A stretch of DNA of 64,000 nt, taken from assembly GCA_041565275.1 (NCBI GenBank), contig JBFGVE010000002.1, forward strand, positions 8,775 to 72,774, given 5' to 3'. The translations under genes were made by a program, and so were the position numbers. The notes beneath the pieces were generated by a model. That model was not told where the DNA came from. It saw only the letters and a program-made list of their open reading frames with translations, and did not search any database. The stretch is from Bacteroidia bacterium. GTDB taxonomy: Bacteria > Bacteroidota > Bacteroidia > J057 > JADKCL01. The stretch's first letter is position 1. Each line of letters begins with the position of its first letter. Positions 58,216 to 64,000 of the stretch are shown piece by piece.

Positions 58216-60543
58216 ATGGAAACGCTAAGAAAATCGCATCTATTTTTGATAAAGTTCCTTGTCTTGGTCATTGGAATGGCGTTTCCCCAGTTTGCTATAG
58301 CGCAAATACCGACCAATTATTGTTTTGGAGGAACAAAGGTCGGGGATATTACTCCAACTGTTCCTTGGCAAGTTTGGCCATGTGTTACGGGTGGGGACTA
58401 CCTGGAATTTTATGCTGTTGCAGGAAACCAATATATTTTTACCTTCTGTTTTGCGGGTGGTGCAGCTACCTGGGATACCCAGCTAAGTATCTCGGACAGT
58501 GCTGGAAATTTTCCAACGGGATATGACCCAGGAACCCCCGACATTGACAGTGTCCGTAATGATGACTTTTGTTTCTTGCAGTCCTATTTGGTTTTCCCTT
58601 GTCGAGCCAGTGGAACTTACCGGTTACTGACTAGTTTCTACGACTCTGGCTCGGGGGGAGATTGTCAGACCTCTACTCAGTGTGGTGCCCTTGCATATAA
58701 GGTTGAGCCTCCCAGAGGTGGGACAGGAGATGATTGTGTCAATCCTCATGTAATCAGCTCACTACCATTCTCCACAGGTGGACTGACCACCAGAGATTTC
58801 AGTAATGATTATAATCAATCCCATGCCTGCAATTCAACCTATATGAACGGTTTGGATTACGTTTTTTCCTACGATGGAACCGCAGGAGAATGCATCTCTA
58901 TTTTTACTCAGAACACATTCACTTACTCTGGTCTTTTCCTGTTGGATGGTTGTCCTGACGACCCTTCTACCAATTGTGTAGCTTTTTCTGAGGCAGCTTC
59001 TGGAAGTCCTTTCCTGAGTAACATTGCACTGGGTTCTACAACCACTTATTATATTGTGATATCCGGTATCTCGGGTCTGCCGTATATGCCTTTTGATATC
59101 AGTGTTAGCAATTGTGTAGCTGTAGGTATTGGAAATACTTGTGCAAATCCATTTCCGATTCCTGGTCTGCCCTATAGCCAACAGGGCTTTACGACTTGTG
59201 GGTTTGGCGATGATTACGATAATACTACTGCTTGCTCCAGTTCTTTTATGAACGGAGAGGACTTTGTATTTAGTTATAGCTCACCTGGTGATGAATGTAT
59301 CCGTATTGATTTGGAAAACACAGGCCAGAATACGGGATTTTTTGTCTATGATGGTTGTCCTACGCTATCCAATTGTGTAGCTCAACGAACGGAAGTTGAT
59401 GGGAATCCAAAATTGAGAAGGATTAACTTGGACAGTGCTGGCACTTATTACATTGTCGTTTCCACCCAGCCCAACCCTAATTGTACTCCTTTTGACATAG
59501 AAATAACTCAATGCCCTCCAGCATGTAATAGTCCTTCAAATGGTTCTGATTTATGTTCTCAGGCCACTGTAGTTAGCTTGGGTCCCAATGATACAGTATG
59601 TGGATTCACCGATGAGCTGTACGGGGCTGATGCCAGTACTGATCTCCTAAATGATTTCTGCGGAACCATTGAAAATAATACTTGGTATTCTTTTGCTGCG
59701 GATTCTACTACCATGACTTTTGTTGCAGAAGCTGGAAATTGCCTTTCCGGATTTGGTATACAAGCAGAAGTCTTCTCCTCTTCTGATTGCTTCAACTTCA
59801 CTTCTGTTTCTGATTGCTGGAATCCCATGTTGGCTACTACTGGTATTTTCCAGGCTACAAACCTCACGGTGGGTAATTCTTATTATCTTATGTTAGATGG
59901 CTATGCCGGAGATGATTGTGAGTTCCGGCTTTATCGTAGCCAGGATCCTCTTCCGATTGAGTTCGGACCCTTTGTTGTGAGTCTGAATGGCTCTACTTCT
60001 ACCATAAGTTGGGAAACCTTCATGGAATCCAACAATCGGGGCTTTGTTATTGAGCGTGGGCAGCAAGATGGTTTGGGTGAAACTGGTCATGTCCTCTGGG
60101 AAGATATATCCTTCGTAAAGGGACTGGGAGATACCGAAGATGGTCATGTTTACACCTATGTTGACGAGATTACTTTCAATGGTAGGCCTTATTTTTACCG
60201 TATCAGGCAATTGGATTACAATGGACAGTCGACTTTTTCAGAGATTCGCTCAGTAAATCCAGAAGGACCAATTTCCAGTAGCTTGCTGGCCCTCTATCCA
60301 AACCCAGCTAAGGATTGGATAAATTTGACTTATTATTCTCACCAGAAAGCATCTGTCAGTTTGCAAATGCTAGATCTGAAAGGGCGGGTCGTTATGAAAA
60401 AGGATTTCCAAGAAAACTCTCCTGGTGTGTTTGAACACAAGATCCACTTGGGTCAATTTAGCCAGGGGCTATACCTGTTCAACCTACAGCTGGGATCTGC
60501 AAGATATACCCGCAAGATTTTTATTTCCCGATCAGATTTGTAG
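58216..60543 (+). CDS. Large T9SS-secreted protein with four Cys-rich ~130-aa tandem modules, an Ig/FN3-like module and a Por C-terminal sorting domain
   Basis: Signal METLRKSHLFLIKFLVLVIGMAFPQFAIAQ from the ATG at 58216. Repeated modules include GDDCVNPHVISSLPFST..YMNGLDYVFSY..GECISI.. and GNTCANPFPIPGLPYSQ..FMNGEDFVFSY..DECIRI... The CTD reads LALYPNPAKDWINLTY..LDLKGRVV..GLYLFNLQ..YTRKIFI. Confidence 0.65.
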   Translation: METLRKSHLFLIKFLVLVIGMAFPQFAIAQIPTNYCFGGTKVGDITPTVPWQVWPCVTGGDYLEFYAVAGNQYIFTFCFAGGAATWDTQLSISDSAGNFPTGYDPGTPDIDSVRNDDFCFLQSYLVFPCRASGTYRLLTSFYDSGSGGDCQTSTQCGALAYKVEPPRGGTGDDCVNPHVISSLPFSTGGLTTRDFSNDYNQSHACNSTYMNGLDYVFSYDGTAGECISIFTQNTFTYSGLFLLDGCPDDPSTNCVAFSEAASGSPFLSNIALGSTTTYYIVISGISGLPYMPFDISVSNCVAVGIGNTCANPFPIPGLPYSQQGFTTCGFGDDYDNTTACSSSFMNGEDFVFSYSSPGDECIRIDLENTGQNTGFFVYDGCPTLSNCVAQRTEVDGNPKLRRINLDSAGTYYIVVSTQPNPNCTPFDIEITQCPPACNSPSNGSDLCSQATVVSLGPNDTVCGFTDELYGADASTDLLNDFCGTIENNTWYSFAADSTTMTFVAEAGNCLSGFGIQAEVFSSSDCFNFTSVSDCWNPMLATTGIFQATNLTVGNSYYLMLDGYAGDDCEFRLYRSQDPLPIEFGPFVVSLNGSTSTISWETFMESNNRGFVIERGQQDGLGETGHVLWEDISFVKGLGDTEDGHVYTYVDEITFNGRPYFYRIRQLDYNGQSTFSEIRSVNPEGPISSSLLALYPNPAKDWINLTYYSHQKASVSLQMLDLKGRVVMKKDFQENSPGVFEHKIHLGQFSQGLYLFNLQLGSARYTRKIFISRSDL

Positions 60544-60691
60544 ATCCAAAGTATGGCTGAAGTATGACAACCGCAAGGATGCGGCAAGGACTATAGATTT
60601 GATTCCTTTTTTGATTGACATAGGACTTTTATGAGGGGTATTCAGCGGATTTCTTACTCCGTATCTTTTGACTAACTTTGTGCTCCCAAAA

Positions 60692-63241
60692 ATGAGAGGC
60701 TGGAAAGTCATAGCGAGTATAATCCTAAGACAAAGAATACCCATATTGATCGTGGTGATTCTGGCCACTGCATTTATGTGGTCTGTCCGCGGTACCGAGC
60801 AGATGCACGACTTTGGTAAGATCATTCCACCTTCTGATCCTGATTTTATTGATTACCAAGAATTTCGGGAAGAGTTTGGAGCCGATGGAAACGGACTGGT
60901 AATTGGATTTGAAGGTGATATTTTTGGTCTGGAATTCTTCAATGAAATTTACAAGCTGACAGAAGTCCTTGAACAGATTGACGGGGTCACTTCTGTACAG
61001 TCTATTGCCAATGCTACCCGGATCATTGCAGATTATGAGACGGAAAGTTTTCAGTTGCAGCGGATTGCGGAAAGGCCAGCCTCCAGTGAGGCGGAAATGG
61101 ACTCTTTGAAAAAGATTCTGACAGCCCTCCCATTCTATGAGGGCTTGCTCATTAACAAAGACAATACAGTCACTTTATTGCTGGTCACGATTGATAACGA
61201 TCGGCTGGATACATCGGAGAAATCTGAAATTGTTGGTGGGATCTCCAAGGCAGCTTATAGGACTCAAGAGAGAATAGGAGTGGAAGCACACCTTTCTGGC
61301 TTGCCCTATATCCGAACCTTTGTAAATGGGTTTATCTTAGAAGAGATGATCCTTTTCCTGGGTTTGGCTGTTTTGGTCATGGGAATAGCGCTCTTCTTCA
61401 CTTTCAGATCAATTACAGCCGTCATATTTCCCATGTTGGTCATCTGTATTGTCATAGTTTGGTCAATGGGGATGATGGGGTTGCTGGGATATAAGATCAC
61501 CATTCTGACTGGTATTCTTCCGGCTTTGATTGCCGTGATTGGTGTCCCGAACTCTATCTATTTGTTGACTAAATATCATTTTGAGTTCAAGAGGTCCGGT
61601 AATCAAATACGGGCTTTAGTTAACGTCATACAGAAGATCGGGATCGTCACGGTGATGACCAATGCGACGACTGCAGTAGGTTTTGGGGTGCTTTATTTTA
61701 CTCGGATCCAAATGTTGAAGGAGTTTGGTGTCCTTGCTGGTCTGAGTGTGGTAGTTACCTTTTTTATCTCCCTGCTGCTGATCCCCATCATCTTCAGTTT
61801 TCTACCTCCTCCCTCTCAGCGTCATGTCAAGCACACAGAACGAAAACTCTTGCAGGGAGCTATTAGGTTCCTTGACTCCACAGTACAAAAGCGACGTTGG
61901 GTGGTGTATGGTATAAGTTTAATTCTTGTAGGAGTAGCCGTTTGGGGGATGAATCAACTGGAGCCAAGAGCGCGTGTTGTGGATGACCTTCCCAACGATG
62001 AAAAAGTTATTTCTGACCTCAGGTTCTTTGAAAGGGAATTTGGTGGAGTAATGCCATTTGAGGTCGTGGTCAACACCCACAGAAAGCGAGGTATTACCAG
62101 AAGGTCGATTTTGAAGGGACTTGATGAATTCCAAACCTTAATGGCTGGATTTCCCGAAATATCCCGTGCTGTCTCCATCCTTGACCTTGTCAAATTCGGG
62201 AGGCAGGCATTTCTGAGCAATTTCCCGGAAGAGTACGTATTGCCAAGTTCAGAAGAGTACTCGGCAATTCAGGCTTTTACCAAAAACAGTCAAATAGATT
62301 CTCTTTTCGGTGAGATAGCCATATTCGATACAACTTTTTCCAAAGTGAGGATAAAAGCCAGTGTGCAGGATGTCGGGGCCAAGCGTTTGGGACCCATAAT
62401 CGATTCTCTGGAACAGCATTTGGTAGATATATTTGTAGTTAATCTAAAGCCTGATCGCCTCAAAGAAGGTGAAAAATACAAAGTCTGGGAAGGTAGAGAT
62501 TCATTTCGAATCAAGTACGGAAATGAGGTGTACACGCCTGGAGATATCTTTGAAGCTGGTGATACTTCTATGCAATATGAAATACTTCACGGTGAGGGAA
62601 AGATTGATTTCGCCGACAAAGTGAAGATCACAGGGACTACAAAAATATTCATCAAGAGCAATGATTATCTGATTAGGAATTTGTTTCAGAGTCTTATGAT
62701 TGCATTCCTGGTGATCGCCATTTTGATGGCTTTACTTTTTGGTTCTCTGAAAATGGTGATCATCGCTTTAATTCCCAATTTCTTGCCATTGGTATTGACC
62801 GCAGGAATTATGGGGATATTGAACATTCCGATCAAACCTTCTACCGCCTTGATCTTCTCGGTCGCTTTCGGAATTGCAGTAGACGATACGATACACTATT
62901 TGGCTCGTTACCGGTTGGCTCGTAAGACTGGCAACGGTGTAGCAGAAGCTGTCTCCAACTCTTTCAAGGATACAGGTGTAAGTATGATCTATACATCAAT
63001 CATTTTGTTTTTCGGATTCGTTATTTTCGCCTTTTCTTCTTATGGTGGGACTGCGGCCCTGGGTCAATTGACCTCCCTAACTTTGTTGATCGCTCTCTTT
63101 ACAAATCTGCTACTTCTTCCCTCTCTTTTGATTTCATTCCATAAAGATGAGGAGCAGTTTGCAGATGGCTGGATTGATTATGACGAGGAACGGGACGAAG
63201 TGGAGATGATACAAGATTTCATGAAAGGAGATGATGGATAA
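60692..63241 (+). CDS. RND-superfamily MMPL/HpnN-like transporter
   Basis: About 849 aa from the ATG at 60692 (track start is a TTG). It has two 6-TM bundles separated by large soluble loops, with the motif GIAVDDTIHYLARY in the second bundle. Confidence 0.7.
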   Translation: MRGWKVIASIILRQRIPILIVVILATAFMWSVRGTEQMHDFGKIIPPSDPDFIDYQEFREEFGADGNGLVIGFEGDIFGLEFFNEIYKLTEVLEQIDGVTSVQSIANATRIIADYETESFQLQRIAERPASSEAEMDSLKKILTALPFYEGLLINKDNTVTLLLVTIDNDRLDTSEKSEIVGGISKAAYRTQERIGVEAHLSGLPYIRTFVNGFILEEMILFLGLAVLVMGIALFFTFRSITAVIFPMLVICIVIVWSMGMMGLLGYKITILTGILPALIAVIGVPNSIYLLTKYHFEFKRSGNQIRALVNVIQKIGIVTVMTNATTAVGFGVLYFTRIQMLKEFGVLAGLSVVVTFFISLLLIPIIFSFLPPPSQRHVKHTERKLLQGAIRFLDSTVQKRRWVVYGISLILVGVAVWGMNQLEPRARVVDDLPNDEKVISDLRFFEREFGGVMPFEVVVNTHRKRGITRRSILKGLDEFQTLMAGFPEISRAVSILDLVKFGRQAFLSNFPEEYVLPSSEEYSAIQAFTKNSQIDSLFGEIAIFDTTFSKVRIKASVQDVGAKRLGPIIDSLEQHLVDIFVVNLKPDRLKEGEKYKVWEGRDSFRIKYGNEVYTPGDIFEAGDTSMQYEILHGEGKIDFADKVKITGTTKIFIKSNDYLIRNLFQSLMIAFLVIAILMALLFGSLKMVIIALIPNFLPLVLTAGIMGILNIPIKPSTALIFSVAFGIAVDDTIHYLARYRLARKTGNGVAEAVSNSFKDTGVSMIYTSIILFFGFVIFAFSSYGGTAALGQLTSLTLLIALFTNLLLLPSLLISFHKDEEQFADGWIDYDEERDEVEMIQDFMKGDDG

Positions 63242-64000
63242 TACTACAAAATCCCCAAAGAAAGTTTATCCTGAAGATAGGCTCGTATCCTTGCCGGATC
63301 TGGATCAAGAGGTTCTGAAGTGGTGGAAGGAGAATGACATTTTCAAAAAAAGCATTGATAAGCGGGATGGAAGCCCGCAATTTGTCTTTTTTGAAGGTCC
63401 TCCTTCTGCAAATGGAATGCCAGGAATTCACCATGTGATTGCCAGGACCATTAAAGATATTTACTGTCGCTATAAGACCCTCAAGGGTTTTCAGGTCAGG
63501 CGTAAGGCAGGGTGGGACACTCATGGGCTTCCAGTTGAGCTCAAGGTAGAGAAGGAGTTAGGCATCAGTAAGACTGATATTGGGAAAGAGATATCCATAG
63601 CGGAATACAACAAGGCATGCCGTGAAGCTGTTATGCGGTTCAAAGATGAGTGGAACCAACTGACTGAAGAAATGGGCTACTGGGTTGATCTGGGAAACCC
63701 CTACATTACCTTTAGCAACGAATATATTGAATCATGTTGGGCACTATTGAAGCAACTATACAGCAAAGATCTCTTGTACAAAGGCTATTCAATCCAGCCC
63801 TACTCTCCTGCTGCAGGTACTGGTTTGAGTTCTCATGAACTTAATCAACCAGGCTGTTATCGAGATGTGACCGACAACACCGTGACGGCTCAGTTTAAGG
63901 TTATTCGCGATGAATCATCAGAATTTTTGTTTGCCGCGACTACCCATCAGATATATTTCCTTGCCTGGACCACTACGCCCTGGACCTTGCCTTCCAACAC
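63231..64000 (+). CDS. ileS: Isoleucine--tRNA ligase (partial; N-terminal ~256 aa, continues beyond the right edge)
   Basis: Absent from the track because it runs off the edge. My translation gives MMDNTTKSPKKVYPEDRLVSLPDLDQEVLKWWKENDIFKKSI..FVFFEGPPSANGMPGIHHVIARTIKD..GWDTHGLPVE. This is the class I HIGH-region pattern of type-2 IleS. Confidence 0.9.
   Translation, partial: MMDNTTKSPKKVYPEDRLVSLPDLDQEVLKWWKENDIFKKSIDKRDGSPQFVFFEGPPSANGMPGIHHVIARTIKDIYCRYKTLKGFQVRRKAGWDTHGLPVELKVEKELGISKTDIGKEISIAEYNKACREAVMRFKDEWNQLTEEMGYWVDLGNPYITFSNEYIESCWALLKQLYSKDLLYKGYSIQPYSPAAGTGLSSHELNQPGCYRDVTDNTVTAQFKVIRDESSEFLFAATTHQIYFLAWTTTPWTLPSN

Noticed and set aside
1-64000. Looked for CRISPR repeats, tRNA/rRNA genes, transposases, integrases, phage or known defence-system genes, and long direct or inverted DNA repeats.
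   Set aside because: None was found by eye. All long ORFs are accounted for by housekeeping or envelope functions, so I do not claim any mobile element or defence island in this window.

Overview
This 64-kb segment reads as core chromosome from a Bacteroidota-type genome. The basis is three ORFs ending in T9SS (Por) C-terminal sorting domains, a TonB-receptor/lipoprotein pairing, and many 4-nt ATGA gene overlaps. I can support about 60 protein-coding genes, and nearly all are housekeeping. They cover central metabolism (pdhA fragment, gpmI, hbd, acyl-CoA dehydrogenase, HMG-CoA lyase), nucleotide metabolism (nrdAB, purF, purS, hpt, adk) and translation (pheS, dtd, obg, ileS fragment). There is also a nucleotide-sugar/O-antigen-type cluster (rfbA, rfbC, uxs, ugd, DegT aminotransferase, hexapeptide acetyltransferase), a cytochrome c maturation (System I) cluster ccmBC(D)EF, topB, thiG, pssA and an M16 peptidase pair. 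I saw no rRNA, tRNA, CRISPR array, transposase, integrase, phage genes or recognisable defence genes. The only RNA element I can support is a cobalamin riboswitch on the minus strand at about 10505..10680. It heads a tightly coupled five-gene operon (10383 down to 4162), which is the best candidate for an undescribed system. That operon encodes a T9SS-secreted propeller-like protein, an FGE/SUMF1-like protein, a miniprotein that is little more than a T9SS sorting domain, a BtuB-sized TonB-dependent receptor and a propeller-like lipoprotein. Secondary points are a CXXXY-type CcmE in a ccm cluster with no ccmA/G/H and a 1049-aa CcmF, a truncated acyl-CoA-synthetase-like protein that has lost its P-loop, a lipoprotein with two ExbD-like modules, and several orphan secreted proteins. 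All family assignments come from reading motifs by eye, with no database or HMM search run. The ORF track uses alternative start codons (TTG/GTG), so I re-set several starts to internal ATGs where noted.
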